Of a stretch of 64,000 nucleotides of DNA, positions 46,001 through 60,135 are shown piece after piece. The notes below the pieces were generated by a model. It saw only the letters and a program-made list of their open reading frames with translations, was not told the DNA's origin and ran no database searches. The translations under genes were made by a program, and so were the position numbers. Position 1 is the first letter of the stretch. The number at the start of each line of letters is the position of its first letter. This DNA is from Felis catus (Eukaryota), in the NCBI RefSeq assembly GCF_018350175.1, contig NC_058383.1:16804001-16868000 (forward strand). The letters are read 5' to 3'.

Positions 46001-46924
46001 GAAAACACTCCTGCTTCTATGGGTACTTGTTGCTGTCATTTCTGAATACTCTTAAGGGCGCTGTCAGTAGGTGAAGTTTATTCCCTATGATGAGTAGAGG
46101 AAAAAAAAATATTGAAAACCAATATAAATGGATTTTTAAAGAAATGGAGTAGTGTTTACCTGGTTAAAATGAAAAGCAAAAATAAAAACAAAAACAAAAC
46201 AGTTTACCCAACCAAATAGCTAAATTCATATTGTGATTCCACTCTGTGAAAATAATGCTCAGATGTAGAAAATAGCATTGTGATTGTCTTTGAATTCCAG
46301 AATTTTGATTTTCATCATTATCCTTATTTTGTCTTTCCAAAGAACATAGAAAGCTACTGGCAAATGTAACCTGGTTTGGTTAAGGTGCTTCATAATCAAA
46401 GAAGGGAAAGTCAGTAAGGAAGATGACACAATGGAGGTTTCCAAAGAGAATGATTTGATTGTCACAGGATTATAGAAGCCCTTGGAAAAATTAAAGAGGT
46501 CTAGAATATTTCTGCCAAAATGCTATAATTTGTTGAGACAAATTGCCAGACAGATACCTGGTCCACTCCAGTTTAATTCTTTGTTCTAGGAATAAATACA
46601 CAGGTGAGATTATCACACACCTTTTGTTCAATATAAAAATATACGTTTCCAAAAGCTCTATAGAATTACTTTTACAAGACCTAGGTGCCAAGTTTTCCTT
46701 TTGGAAGAAGTTTCCTTCAAAGTGCAGGTCTCTATTTTAAATGACCCATTGCTGTTGCGCACTAACCCATATAACCACATGGACACCCCCCCCCCTTCAT
46801 TTCTGTTTTCCTTATTAGAAGTTATCTCCACATGGGCACAGATCACATTTTGTCATGGTCACTAATAAAGATACAGTGCTGGGCACAGAGCAAGGATGGG
46901 TGGTGATTCAAGGAACTCGTACAA

Positions 46925-47145
46925 TTTTTTTTTCAACGTTTATTTTTTATTTTTATTTTTGGGACAGAGAGAGACAGAGCATGAACGGGCGAGGGGCAGA
47001 GAGAGAGGGAGACACAGAAGCGGAAACAGGCTCCAGGCTCTGAGCCATCAGCCCAGAGCCCGACGCGGGGTTTGAACTCACGGACAGTGAGATCGTGACC
47101 TGGCTGAAGTCGGACGCTTAACCGACTGCGCCACCCAGGCGCCCC
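46925..47145 (-). mobile_element. Young SINEC_Fc
   Basis: Ends in cgccacccaggcgcccc. TSD tcaaggaactcgtacaa at 46908-46924 and 47146-47162. Confidence 0.96.
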
Positions 47146-47479
47146 TCAAGGAACTCGTACAAAATGAACCTGTGTTTGAGGTGGGTCAAGAATATCACAA
47201 GCACAGGCCCAGGATGGTATGCACGGAGTACTTACAACTGACTTTCCACTGCTAAGCCTTTTTTATCTCTCTGTAAAATATTGTCATCCTAATTCTTCTT
47301 CAATGCCTGTACAATTACTGCTAAATATTTTTGCATGCAAGGTAGCAGGAGGAGGCACACGAGGAGGAGTCTCTGTGCTTTGTGCCTGAGGACACTGAAA
47401 TTTCCTCCAAGGTAGCTCTTAACCCACTGCAGGTATGGCAGGAGTTTCAGGTCCTCATTTAATTTTCCTTCTTTTTCAT

Positions 47480-50400
47480 AGTGTACTTTCTTTTTTGTTT
47501 CTTTAATTCCAGTTAATATGCAGAGTTATGTTAGTTTCAGGTCTACAATTCCATATATCACCCTGTGCTTATTATTACAAGTACATCTCTTAATCCCCAT
47601 CGCTGTTTTCACCAACAATCCCTTCCCATCCACCTCTATTCTGGAACTATAAGATTGTTATCTATTATTAAGAGTCTTTTGATTGTTTATACTGTCTCTT
47701 TCTCTCTCATTTTTCCCTATGCTTGCTTGCTTCTTCAATTCTACATATGAGTGAAACTATTTATATGGTGTTTGTCTTTTTCTGACTGACTTATTTCACT
47801 TACTGTCATACTTTCTAGCTCCATCGATGTCCTTGTTAATAGAAAGATCTCATTCCTTCTTATGGCTGAATAGTATTCCATTGTGTATATATAGATATAC
47901 ATATATTCTTTGATACATAATTATTTGATTGATGGATAGTTGGGCTGCTTCCATATACTGGCTATTGCAAACAATGCTATTATAAACATACAGGTGCATG
48001 TATCCTTTTGTAGTAGTGTTCTTTTATTCCTTGGGTAAGTACTACTGGGTCATAAGGTATGTATTTTTAACTTTTAGAGGATCTTCCATATTGCTTTCCA
48101 CAGTGGCCGCACCACTATGCATTCCCAAGAACATTTCCTTTTTCTCCACATCCTTACCAACACCTATTGCCTCTGGTGTTGCTTATTTTTGCCATCCTGA
48201 CACATGTGCGGTGGTATCTCATCATGGTTTTGAATTGCATTTCCATGATGATAAGTGATGATACGCATTTTTCATGTGTCTGTTGGATATCTGCATGTCT
48301 TCTTTGGAGAAATGTCTGTTCATGTCTTCTGTCCAGTTTTTAATTGGATTATTTGTTTTGGGGGCCTTGTGTTAGATAAGCTCTTTACACATTTTGGATA
48401 TTATCCATTTGTTAGATATGTCATTTGCAAATACCTTTTCCCATTCCACAAGTTGATTTTTAGTGTTGTTGTTTCCTTCACTGTACAGAAGCATTGTATG
48501 TGATATAGTGCCAAGAGTTTATTTTTGCTTTAGTTTCTCTTGCCTCAGGAGATATATCTTGAAAGAAGTTGCTGAGGCTGATGTCAAGTCACTATCTCTG
48601 TTCTCTTCTAGGATTTTTTTGGTTTCAGGTCTCCCATTTAGGTCTTTCATCCCTTTTGTGGTTATTTATGTGTTATGGTGTAAGGAAGTGGTTCACTTTC
48701 ATTTTTTGCATGATGCTGTCTAGTTTTCCCAACACCATTCTTTGAAGAGACTATCTTTTTCCCACTGGATATTCTGTCCTGCTTAGTTGAAGATTAATCA
48801 AACATATATTTGTGTGTGTGTACCTCTGTATTTTCTATTCTGACCTATCTTTTAATTTTTATTCCATTAAATTAAAGTTGACTAACATGCAATGTAGTAT
48901 TGGTTTCAGGAGGAGAACCCAGTGATTCATCACTTCCATATAACACCCAGTGGTCATCCTCACAAATGCCCTCCTTAATCCCCATCATCCATTTAGCCCA
49001 TCCCTCTACCCAACACCCTTCTAGCAACCTTCAGGCTACTCTCTGTATTTAAGAGTCTCTTATGGTTTTCCTCTGTCTCTGTTTTTATCTTATTTTTCCT
49101 TCCCTTCCCCTATGTTTATCTGTTGTGTTTCTCAAATTCCCCATATGAGTGAAATCATGATATTTGTCTTTCTCTGACTGACTTATTTCACTTAGCTTAA
49201 GTGAAACTTGAGTTCCATCCACATTGTTACAAATGGCAAGATTTCAAGATTTCATTCTTTCCTTCATTCTTTTTTCATTATATATATTTGTTCATCAGTT
49301 GATGTACATTTGGTCTCTTTCCATACTTTGGTTATTGTTGACAGGGCCTCTGTAAACATTGAGGTGCATATGTCCCTTCGAATCAACACTCCTGTATCCT
49401 TTGGAAAAATACCTAGTAGTGCAATTGCTGGGTCATAGAGTAGTTCTATTTTCAATTTTTTGTGGATCCTCCATACTGTTCTCCAGAGTAGCTGCGCCAA
49501 TTTACATTCCCACCAACGGTGCTAAAGGCTTCCCTTTTGTTTTTGTTTCAGGTTTCTTTTTTTTTTCTTTTTTGAGGGAGACAGAGACAGAGAGCAGGGG
49601 AGGGGCAGAGAGAGAGGGAGACACAGAATCTGAAGCAGGCTCCAGGCTCTGGGCTGTTAGCACAGAGCCCCACGTGGGACTTCAACTCAAAACTGTAAGA
49701 TTATGACCTGATCAGATGCTTAACAGACTGAGCCACCGAAGTGCAAGGGTTCCCCTCTCACTGCATCCTCACCAACATCAGTTTTAGCCTGAGTTGTGAA
49801 TTTTAGCCATTCTGACTGGTGTGAGGTGGTTTGATTTGTATTTCTTTGTGGTTTGATTTGTATTTCCCTGATGATGGATGATGTTGATTATCTTTTCTTA
49901 TGTCTGTTAGAACAGATATCTTTTGTTCTATTGATCTGGGTGTCTATTTTTTGTGCCAATAATACAACTTGAAGTCTGAAATTGTCATGTGTTTAGCTTT
50001 GCTTTTCTCTTTCAGGAGTGCCTTGGCTCTTTAGGGTGTCTTATGGTTCCATAGAAATTTTAGGATTGTCTGTTCTAGTCCTGTGAAAAATGATAGGGAT
50101 TTCATTAAAAGAGTAGATTTTCCTGGGTACGATAGACATTTCAAACATAGTTGTTCTTCTGATCCATGAGCTCGGAATGTCTTTCTATTTCTTTGTGTCA
50201 TCTTGAATTTCTTTCATCAGAGTTTTATAGTTTTTGTGGTAAAGTCTTTCTTCTGTTTAGTTAGGTTTATTCTTTGTATGTTATTATGAGTGCAACTCTA
50301 AATGGTATTGTTTTCTTAATTTCTTTCTGAGGCTTCATTATTAGTCTGGAAGTGCAACCAATTTCTGTACATTGACTTTTGGATCCTGACACGTCACTGG

Positions 50401-50790
50401 TTTCATTTATCCATTCTAGTCATTTTAATTGTGGAGTCTTTAGGGTTTTCTATATATAGTATCCTGTTATCTGCAAATAGTGAGATATTTACTTCCTCCA
50501 CACTGCTTTGGATTTCTTTTATGTCTTTTTTGTTGTCTGATTGCTTGGGTTATGTCTTTCAGTACTATGTTGAGTGAAAATGGTGACAGTGGACATCCTT
50601 GTGTTGTTCCTACCTCAGGGGAAAAGCCCTCACTGTTTTCTTATTAAGGATTATGTTAGCTATGTCTTACATAGATGGCTTTTATTATGGTGAGGTATGA
50701 TCCTTCTAAACCTACTTTGTTGAATGTATTCTTTTTATCATGAGTGGATGTTGTACACTACCAAATGCTTTTTTCTGCATCTATTGAAAT
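47480..50790 (-). mobile_element. Old carnivore L1 3' half with a nested L1 3' fragment (about 48850-49915)
   Basis: Degenerate reverse-strand ORF2/3'UTR sequence. A second polyT/3'UTR starts near 48850 and the host resumes near 49920. Confidence 0.85.
49555..49745 (-). mobile_element. CanSINE nested in the nested L1
   Basis: gagagagagggagacacagaatctgaagcaggctccaggctc...actgagccacc. Confidence 0.88.
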
Positions 50791-51277
50791 AAAAAATAAT
50801 ATCTACATATATGTAATATATATAATATATTTGCTTTTTCATATGCTAATATTTAATGCTCTGCAGTTTTGTCCCCTCCTTGTTGCTCAGTCTCTATCCT
50901 TCACTCTGTCCTGAGTGCTTCAGTCTTTCTGCAGATACCTCATTTTCTTCTAGTAGTTGTGGGTATTACAGAACTCTGTCTCTGGTTTCCAGGAAAACAA
51001 CTATGCATTTCCTCACATCCCTTGATGCATGACACACCACATCATTAGTCCATGCAGGACTCTTCACTGTGCCCTTGTATTCATTCCCTGTATTTCATTT
51101 CCTATTCTGATTTTCTCCTGAACACAAGGACCTGCTTTTAAATGTTTGATTGATATCCTTGGAATTGTATGTGTTTTCGTAGTTTATTAGTATTGGTATG
51201 TATATTTAATTTTCATTTATACAAATACTCTGAGTTGCAGACTTCATTCTTTGCTTTAAAAAAATTCAGCAGCTTTT

Positions 51278-52340
51278 GAAATGCAACCTACTGAATGGGA
51301 GAAGATATTTGCAAATTGTCTATCTGGTAAGGGTTTAATATCCAAACTATATAAAGAATTTATGCAACTCAACACCAAAAAACAAATAATCCAATTTAAA
51401 GATGGGCAGAGGACCTGAATAGACATTTTTCCAAAGAAGACATACAGATGGCCAACAGACACATAAAAAGATGCTCAAAATCACTAATTATCAGGGAAAT
51501 GCAAATCAAAACCACAGTGAGATATCATCTTACACCTGTAAGACTAGCTTAGAAAAAAGATAAGAAATAACAAGTGTTGATGAGGATGTGGAGAAAATGA
51601 AACACTTGTGCACTATTGGAGGGAATGTAAATTGGTACAGCCACTGTGGAAAATAGTACCAAGGCTTCTCAAAAAATTAAAAGTAAAACTGCCACATGAT
51701 CCAATAATTGCATTACTGAGTATTTCTCAAATAAAATGGAAACATTGATTTGAAAAAATGTGTGCACCTCTATGTTTATTGCAGCATTATTGACAATAGC
51801 CAAGATATAGAAGCATCCCAAGTGTCCATTGATAGATGAATAGATAATAGATGGATTATTAATCATCCATAAAAAAGGGATGAGATCTTGCCATTTCTGA
51901 GAAAATGGGTAGAGCTAGAGGGTATTATATCAAGTGAAATAAGTTAGACTGAGTGAGACAAATACCAAATGATTTCATTTGTATGTGGAATCTAAAAAAC
52001 AAAACAAATATAAACAAACAAAAAGCAGAATTGGACCTATAAATACAGAGAAAAAACAGATGGTTATCAGAGGGGAGAGGTATGGGGGGAAGGGCAAAAT
52101 GGATACATGGGAGTGGGAAATACAGGCTTCTAATAATGGAATTAATAAGTCATTGGGATGAATGGTACAGCATAAGGAATATAGTCAATGGTATTGTAAT
52201 TGATTTCTATGGTGACACATGATAACTACGTCTGTGGTGATCATAACATAATGTATAGAGTTGTTTAGTGTTACATACCTGAAACTGGTGTAACATTGTG
52301 TGTAAAGTATACTCAATTTTTAAAAAATTAAATAAAATAA
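51278..52340 (+). mobile_element. Old L1 3' end (L1MA9/L1_Carn-like)
   Basis: ORF2 C-terminus plus an L1MA-type 3'UTR. Approximate TSD att(c/t)agcagc(t/c)ttt. Confidence 0.85.
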
Positions 52341-53583
52341 TATTTAGCAGCCTTTAGAAAATGATCTACAAATTTTTCTGGGTGAATATCAAGTTCATAG
52401 CTCCTTACTAGCCTAGAATATTCCAAAGAGTGAGTTCTGTAGTGTACACACCAGAAGCCTCATTCACCTTCTACTGTGTGTGGCTCATACCCCTAGAGTT
52501 GTTCAGGATGGTCTGTGTGGACACTCCTCACATTCTATTTGAGACCTAGGCGAACCCTGGCTCTCTGGGGTCCTCAGCCCATATCCTTTTCTTATTGTGC
52601 CTCTCTGCTCTTGTCTATTCCAGGGAAATCATAAAAAACTGAAGTTTGCACCTACCCTAGTGTTATGATTCTGAGGAGCATGTGAGAAAATTGTGACTTT
52701 CTCTCTAGCATATTCCTCTTCATGGTGATTCGTTTGCTGGCCAACTCTCTTCTCCTCCCAAGGGGTTGGGCCTTTGCTTCCCTCCCTGTCTCTCATTCCT
52801 TGCTTTCCCCATCAGCGTGTCTGAGTCTGTGAATGTTATCCACTGCTATTTCTTTGCCCAAATGGCAGTTGCTAACAGCTCCCTCAGAGAGCCATCTGCA
52901 GGGTAAACAAAGAGAGGAAGGAGGTGACCAATGAAATCCAAATGGCTGGGTGCTTCATCAGATGGAAGATGTATAGCCCATCATCTGGCCCATTCTCTAT
53001 TAGGGCAAGAGGTATTTTGGGAGGATGGGAGAGCAAACCAAAGCTGCCCTTTCACATGTGGTACCCCAGGCCATTGACTGCAGAATTTTCTCTGTGTTTG
53101 AGAGACTGCTTTGTGCATACATCTGTAGCCTTGGCAATGGCGATGCTCACTGGCTGTGTTTACCAGACCTCGCTCCTCTAGAAGAGTTATGAGCCAGGTA
53201 ACTTGCCAGTGCTCTGTCCTAATGACCGTGTTCATCTGCAGAGTGAAATCTTCTGGAGAAGCTATGCAACCAACAGGAGAATGGGTCTCCAGAAGAAGCA
53301 GAGGAGCTCTGATCATGGATCATTGCATTGTGTCTCCTACTTTCTTTCAGTGACTTCCTCAGTAAATAATGTGATCAGAATGCCCAATCAAGTTCAACTT
53401 TGTTGATTGCAAGAAGTCACTTATATCTATGAGGTAGGTTATGGTCAAAATAGCAACTGTGGTGTGTCTGCCCAATAACCCTATAATTTAAGACAAACAG
53501 GTGATGCAAGCTGTTCTTCCCTCAGCCACTCACCAGCTCAGCATGTCTGTTTCTCTGGTTTCCTTTTTGACTAGGGTATTTTC

Positions 53584-53791
53584 CTTTTTCAAGTTTATTT
53601 ATTTGATTTTATATAGAGAGAGAGAAAGTAAGAAAGGGAGGGGCAAAGATAGCGGGAGAAAGAGAATCCCAAGCAGACTCAGTGATTCAGCGTGAGCCCA
53701 GCCTGGGGCTTGATCTCACGAACCATGAGATAATGACCTGAGCTGAAATCAAGAGCCAGAAGCTTAATGGACTGAGACACTCAGGCACCCC
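53584..53791 (-). mobile_element. CanSINE
   Basis: TSD ttgactag(g/a)gtattttc at 53567-53583 and 53792-53808. Confidence 0.9.
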
Positions 53792-53883
53792 TTGACTAGA
53801 GTATTTTCAAGTATATTTGCCAAATCTCCTTTTCTTAATAGATGGCCACTCTTGACAGTTGTCTAGCCTGCTTTCATCAGAGG

Positions 53884-54052
53884 TTTTTTTCAGCCAAGGG
53901 TGGGGGAGAGGCAGAGGAAGAGGGAGAGAAAGAATCTTAAGCGGGCTCCATGCCCAGCATAGCCCAGTGCTCTATCTCATGAACAATGAGATCATGACCT
54001 GAGCCAAAATCAAGAGTCAGAAGCTTAACTGACTGAGCCACCCAGGGACCCC
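53884..54052 (-). mobile_element. CanSINE (older)
   Basis: gagatcatgacctgagccaaaatcaagagtcag...actgagccacccagggacccc. Short TSD tcatcag. Confidence 0.85.
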
Positions 54053-55497
54053 TCATCAGTGATGATTTTAAAGTGGCTCTAGGCTAGTATTGCTGACTTT
54101 GCTGGTCATAGACATTCATTCAGAAGCAGTACAATAGAACAAGAGGTTTATTCGCAGTGGGATGCAGGTTTCCAACCGTTTTCCTCCACAGTGCAATCCA
54201 GAGACAGAACCACAGATGCAATTGCATCTTAACCTGATGAAGTTTATGGAAGTCTACTGCCAGTCTCCATGACCCAACAGATGTTCATGGTATACAGAGT
54301 CTAATAAAATGAGCAATGGTAGGAATTACTAACCTGCCTTTATCCCAGGGCTTCATGAACTTACTAATCTCTCCCAACCCCCCCTGTGGTTTAGTCTGAG
54401 GGAGGGGTTGGTTCCAAAGGCCTCTATTTGGTCTTTTCTTCTATAACAACCATCACTCCAAGGTTCAGAAATCAAAGTGGGAATTCCACCAAGTGCTGAT
54501 ATATGTATTTACATTCCACATTCTGGAATGGGGGGAAATAAGCACAGGATGAGTCTGTTGTCCCAGTGAACAAACTGGTAAATGTGGGCCAAGTGTCCTT
54601 CCACCTGCAAACCTCCTAAAGTCCCTATTCCAACTGATGGGCAGACCACAGCAGTTCTGGACTTTGAGCATCAGCATATGTTCAGAAACATTCCATAAGA
54701 GTTCCCATAAAATATAGTATCTCCCTTTTTCCAGAGCATGGTCCCTTTAATAAATGTCTGTACCTTTGGGCACATTTGGGAAAGCCAGGGGAGAAGACAC
54801 ATCTAGAAGATTACAGGGTCATTCCCCAAAGAGCTCCAGTCTTTCCTTAAGTCCAGGGGCTCAAAGTCCCCCATTGGCTTAAGTCTTATAGCTAGGAAAG
54901 AGATTGTGATTCTTCACTGTAATAGCTACTGTATCTAGATATTTATTTTACCTGGTACATTGCCCAAAGATTTCATTTCTGGACATGCTTGATCAATTAT
55001 CAATCACCACACATCCCCAGGTGTCACATTCTCTGGTTACCATTCTGTCCCTGTGGCTTACTGTATGATTGAATACATCATATCAGTTGCTGGTTGAGGC
55101 ATCTGCTCCTGCCGTTCTTCACCAACCCCTATTATCTTCTCATGCAGTATAAGACAGCCCACACAAAGTTCATCAAGAACACCAGCCTCCTGCACGAATA
55201 CATTTTTTAATGCATTGATGAAAGGAGTGAAATCTGAGTCTCTCAGCAAGCATGATTAGGTATGACTGAGTAGATTGTACATCACAGATCCATTTCAACG
55301 TTCCTTATTCCTTATGCCTTCTGACTTCTTCATGCTTTCCTAGCAGTATACCAAGAAAATCCCACTGTTTTGACCTCGTTGACCCAATATAGGGTCCAGA
55401 ATATCAACACCATTTGCAGGTGGTCAGGGAAGTCTTTTAAATTCCAAATCTTAATTAAGTGTATATAGTATATATGTATACTTATATATAAATATAC

Positions 55498-55498
<1 letters not shown>

Positions 55499-55529
<31 letters not shown>
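55499..55529. repeat. (TG)n microsatellite
   Basis: About 15 perfect TG units. Confidence 0.95.
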
Positions 55530-55536
<7 letters not shown>

Positions 55537-56571
55537 GTCAGTGAATTCGGTCCAATCAAGACCTTTATATTCTCCCTCTGGCTACCACCCTCACAACTTA
55601 TTCCCACCCATGCTGCTCAGGCTTTTGCCAACACAGACAGGCAAGGTCTTGTAAGCTGTCAGTGTATGGTCTCTCCTCCAGGAAAGGCCTTGGAACTTTC
55701 TAATCTGGCTATTTTAAAGCCTATCTTTATGACACAAAAACAGACACTCATATCAGTGGAACAGAATAGAGAACCCAGAAATGGCCCCACAAATGTATGG
55801 CCAACTAATCTCTGACAATGCAGGAAAGAATATTCAATGGAGAAAAGACAGTCTCTTCAGCAAATGGTGCTGGGAAAACTGGGCAGTGACATGCAGAAAA
55901 ATGAACCTGGACCACTCTCTTACACCATACACAAAAATAAACTCAAAATGGATAACTGTAAAACAGAAAGCCATTAAAATTCTTGAGGAGAAAGCAGGCA
56001 AAAAAAAAAAAAAAAAAAAAAAAAACACCTCTTTGACCTCGCCCACAGCAACTTCGTACTCAACACGTCTCCGGAGACAAGAGAAACAAAAGCAAAAATA
56101 AATTATGAGACTTCATCGAAATAAAAACCTTCTGCACAGTGAGGGAAACAATCTGCCAAACAAAAAGGCAACCAACGGAATGGGAGAAGATATTCACAAA
56201 TGACATATCAGATAAAGGGTTAGTATCCAAAATCTATAAAGAACTTATCAAACTCAACACCCAAAAAAACAAATCACCCATGGAAATGGGCAAAAGACAT
56301 GAATAGACACTTCTCCAGAGAAGACATCCAGATGGCCAACTGACACATGAGAAAATGCTCAACATCCCTCATCATCAGGGAAATACAAATCAAAACCACA
56401 ATGAGAGACCACCTCACACCTGTCAGAATGGTTGACATTAACAACTCAGGCAACAACAGATGTTGACGAGGATGCAGAGAAAGAGGATCTCTTTTGCACT
56501 GCCGGTGGGAATGCAAACTAGTGTAGCCACTCTGGAAAACAGTATGAAGGTTCTTCAAAAAATTAAAAATA

Positions 56572-56785
56572 GGGGCACTTGGGTGGCTCAGTTGGTTAAG
56601 CATCTGACTTTGGCTCAGGTCATGATCTCGTGGTTTGTGAGTTTGAGCCCCACATCGGGCTCTGTGCTGACAGCTCAGAGCCTGGAGCCTGCTTCTGATT
56701 CTGTGTCTCCCTCTCTCTCTGCCCCTCCCCTGCTCATGCTCTGTCTCTCTCTGTATCAAAAGTAAATAAAATATTTTAAAAATTG
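56572..56785 (+). mobile_element. Felid CanSINE
   Basis: ggggcacttgggtggctcagttggttaag head. TSD aaaaattaaaaatag. Confidence 0.93.
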
Positions 56786-56972
56786 AAAAAAAATTAAAAA
56801 TAGAACTACCCTAATGACCCAGCAATTGCACTACTAAGCATTTATCCAAGGGATACAGGTGTATTGTTTCTAAGGGACACAGGGACCCCAATGTTTATAG
56901 CAGTGCTACCGACAATAACCAAAGTATGGAAAGAACCCAAATGCCCATCGACAGATGAATGAATAAAGATGT

Positions 56973-57142
56973 AACAAACTGAAGGTTGATGGGGGGTGGG
57001 AGGGAGGAGAGGGTGGGTGATGGGTATTGAGGAGGGCACCTTTTGGGATGAGCACTGGGTGTTGTATGGAAACAAATTTGACAATAAATTTCATATATTA
57101 AAAAATAATAATAAATAAATTAATAAATAAATAAATAAATAA
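56973..57142 (+). mobile_element. Short young L1 3' tail insertion
   Basis: L1_Fc-type 3'UTR end plus (taaa)n tail. TSD aataaagatgt at 56962-56972 and 57143-57153. Confidence 0.9.
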
Positions 57143-57699
57143 AATAAAGATGTGGTATATATATACAATGGAGTGTACCTCAGCAAGCAAAAAGAATGAA
57201 ATCTTGCCATTTGCAACTATGTGGATGGAACTGGAGGATATTATGCTAAGCAAAATTAGTCAGAGAAAGACAAAGATCATATGACTTCATTCATATGAGG
57301 AATTTAAGATATAAAACAGATGAGCATAAGGGAAGGGAAGCAAAAATAATATAAAAACAGGGAGGGGGACAAAACATAAAAGACTCTTAAATATAGAGAA
57401 TAAACAGAGCGTTGCAGGAGTTGTGGGAGGGAGGATGGTCTAAATGGGTAAGGGCATTAAAGAATTTACTCCTGAAATCACCGTTGCACCATTTGCTAAC
57501 TAACTTGGATGTAAATTAAACTAGATAGATGATAGAGAGAGAGAGAGAGAGAGAGACGATAGAGAGAGATAATAAAAATAAAAATAAAGTCTATCTTTAG
57601 ATCTGCTTCTATTATGAGCACGTATCAATACAAAACAACAAAGTCAAGCAATTCTTTAATTGTATGGGAAAACTATCAAGCTAAAAATGGACTACAAAA

Positions 57700-57865
57700 C
57701 AAGCAGGAAAAATCACTTTGGGGTGATGGATACATGTACAGTGTATCTTAATTACAGTGATCATTTTAGTGGTATGTACATATGTCAAGAGTCATGAAAT
57801 TATACGTTAGATCTATGAATATTTTAGTACATAATTATACTTCAAAAAGCCATAAAAATAAAAAT
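57700..57865 (+). mobile_element. Ancient L1M (L1MC/ME-like) 3' end
   Basis: actttggggtgatggata...gtacatatgtcaa...aattatacttcaaaaagc. Confidence 0.6.
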
Positions 57866-57887
57866 AATTTAAAGACTAACACATCTT

Positions 57888-58098
57888 GGGGCTCCTGGGT
57901 GGTTCAGCTGGTTAAGCGTCTGACTTTAGCTCAGGTCATGATCTCGCAGTTCGTGAGTTCAAGCCCCGCATCAGGCTCTGTGCTGACAGCTCAGAGCCTG
58001 GAACCAATTCAGATTCTGTGTCTTCCTCTCTCTCTGCCCCTCCCCCACTCACTCTCTGTCTCTCAAAAATGAATAAATGTTAAGTAAAATTTTTTAAA
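57888..58098 (+). mobile_element. Felid CanSINE
   Basis: TSD aaagactaacacatct at 57871-57886 and 58099-58114. Confidence 0.94.
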
Positions 58099-58319
58099 AA
58101 AGACTAACACATCTAGGAATCTAAGGACTCTGTACTTATTGATATGAAATATTAAATAAACAACTCATCTCCAAAAATATTTCCAAGTCATAATGAGGAA
58201 TTCTGGTAGGTCGGAAGACATGAATGTAATATAAAGTATTAACTAAGGTACTTGAAATGTAGGAGGCTAAAAGTTAATATCTTGAAGTCATATTTACTCT
58301 CCAGTTTCCCTCTTGACAT

Positions 58320-60135
58320 TCTCTCTTTTTTATTAGTTTATATCTTTTGGCCCTTTTTACCTATTTTGCCTACTTCCTGCCCCTCACCTTAGCAATCATC
58401 TATATGTTCTCTGTATCGATGAGTTTGGGTTATTATGTTTTGGGGGGTGGTTTTTGTATTTTGTTTTCTTGGGGTTTTCTGTCTAATATTCTGTTTAAAA
58501 TTTTGTTTAATATTTCTGATTTATTTCAATAACAATGCTCTCCTGGCTATTATAAATATTGTAGCAATAAATACAAGTGTGCAAGTATCTTTATGAGTTA
58601 GTAATTTCATTTTCTTTGATTAACACGTAGGAGGGGAATTGCTGGATGATATGGTTTTTATATTTTGAATTTTGTGAAAAACTTTTATATTGTTTTCCAT
58701 AGTTGCTGCATCAATTTACAACCCTACCAATGGAGCACAATGATTCCCTTTTCTCCACATATTTGCCAACCCTTGTTATTTCTTATCTTTTTGGTAAGAG
58801 CCATTCTGACAAATGAATGATGATTTAATTTTTTTATTAGCTTTCTATTTTTGAGAGGCAGAGAGAGAGCGCATGTGGGGGAGGGGCAGACAGAGAGGGA
58901 GACACAGAATCAGAAGCAGGCTCCAGGCTTGGAGCTGTCAGCTCAGAGCCCAATGCGGGGCCTGAACTCACGAACCGTGAGACCATGACCTGAGCCGAAG
59001 TCGGATGCTCAACGGTCTGAGCCACCCTTCATGTATATATTGTTGCCCATCTAAGCAACATGTCTTATCTGGAAAAATGTCTATTCAGACCTCTGCTTAT
59101 TTTGTAATTGCTGTTTGCTTTTGTGTTATTATTGAGTTGTATGAGTTATTTATATATCTTGGATATTAACTCCTTATCAGATATGTAGTTTGCAAATATT
59201 TGTTCCCATTCACTATGTTGCCTTTTCATTCTGTTAATGATTTCCTTTGCTGTGCGCAAGTTTTTTAGTTTAATGTAGTCCCACTTTTTAATTTTTGCTC
59301 TGCAGCCTTTGCTTCTGGTGTCAAATCCAAAACCCAGTGTCAAGACTGAGATCAAAAACATTCTGCCCAAGTTTTAATCCAGGAGTTCTATGGTTTTAGT
59401 TCTTATGTTTAAGTCTGTAATACATTTTGACTTAGTTTTTGTGCATGGTGTTAGGTGTCCAGTTGCATTCCTTTGCTTGTGGCTGCTCAGGGTTTCCAAC
59501 ACCACCTATTGAGAAGACTGCCTTTTCCCCTATGTTATATTCTTGGCTCTTTTGTTACAAATGAATTGGCTACATATGTGTGGGTTTCTTTCTGGGCTTT
59601 CTGTTCTGCTCCATTGATCTATGTGTCTGTTTTTACACCAATACCATACTCTTTTGATTACTACAGTTTGTGATAGAGTTTGAAATCAGAAAGCATGATG
59701 CCTACAGCTTTGTTCTTCCTTCTCAAGATGGCTTTGGCCATTCAGGACCTTTTGTGGTTCTATATACATTTAAGAATTATTCTATTTTTGGAAATGTGCT
59801 TAAATTTTGATCAGGATTACACTGAATGTGTAGATTGCTTTAAGTAGTGTGGACATTTTGACAATCTTAATTCTTGGGATCCACTAGCATGGAATGTCTT
59901 TCCACTTATTTCTGTTTCTTCAAATTCTTTCACCAATGATTTATGGTTTTCAGTATACAGATCTTTCATCTTCTTGGTTAAATTTATTCTTAAGTATTTT
60001 ATTCTTTTTAAGTGGCTGTAAATTATTTTCTTAATTTCTCTCAATGACAGTTTGTTATTCATGTATAGAAATGCAACACATTTTTATATATTGAATTTGT
60101 GTTCTTAAACTTTACTGAATTCATTTGTTAATTCT
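58320..60135 (-). mobile_element. Old L1 (L1MA-like) 3' portion
   Basis: Minus-strand peptides KWDYIKLK...QIFANYISDKELISKIYK and IKYLRINLTKKMKDLYTEN. Confidence 0.85.
58826..59027 (-). mobile_element. Felid CanSINE, 5'-clipped, no TSD
   Basis: SINEC body ending at gagccaccc. Confidence 0.88.

Larger units (their letters stand above)
52860..55450 (-). mobile_element. ERVL-class internal (gag/pol) remnant
   Basis: Minus-strand peptides in the expected order: TPFINALKNVFV (gag, like TPFTNALRNRFV), THPVLISP...STWWNSH (like THPVVISP...SSWQNPH), and GSWRLAVDFHKLHQV (RT, like GSWRMTVDYRKLNQV). Confidence 0.75.
55730..57584 (+). mobile_element. 5'-truncated felid L1 with nested SINE and nested L1 tail
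   Basis: ORF2 C-terminus and 3'UTR. TSD aaag(c/t)ctatcttta at 55716-55729 and 57586-57599. Confidence 0.92.
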
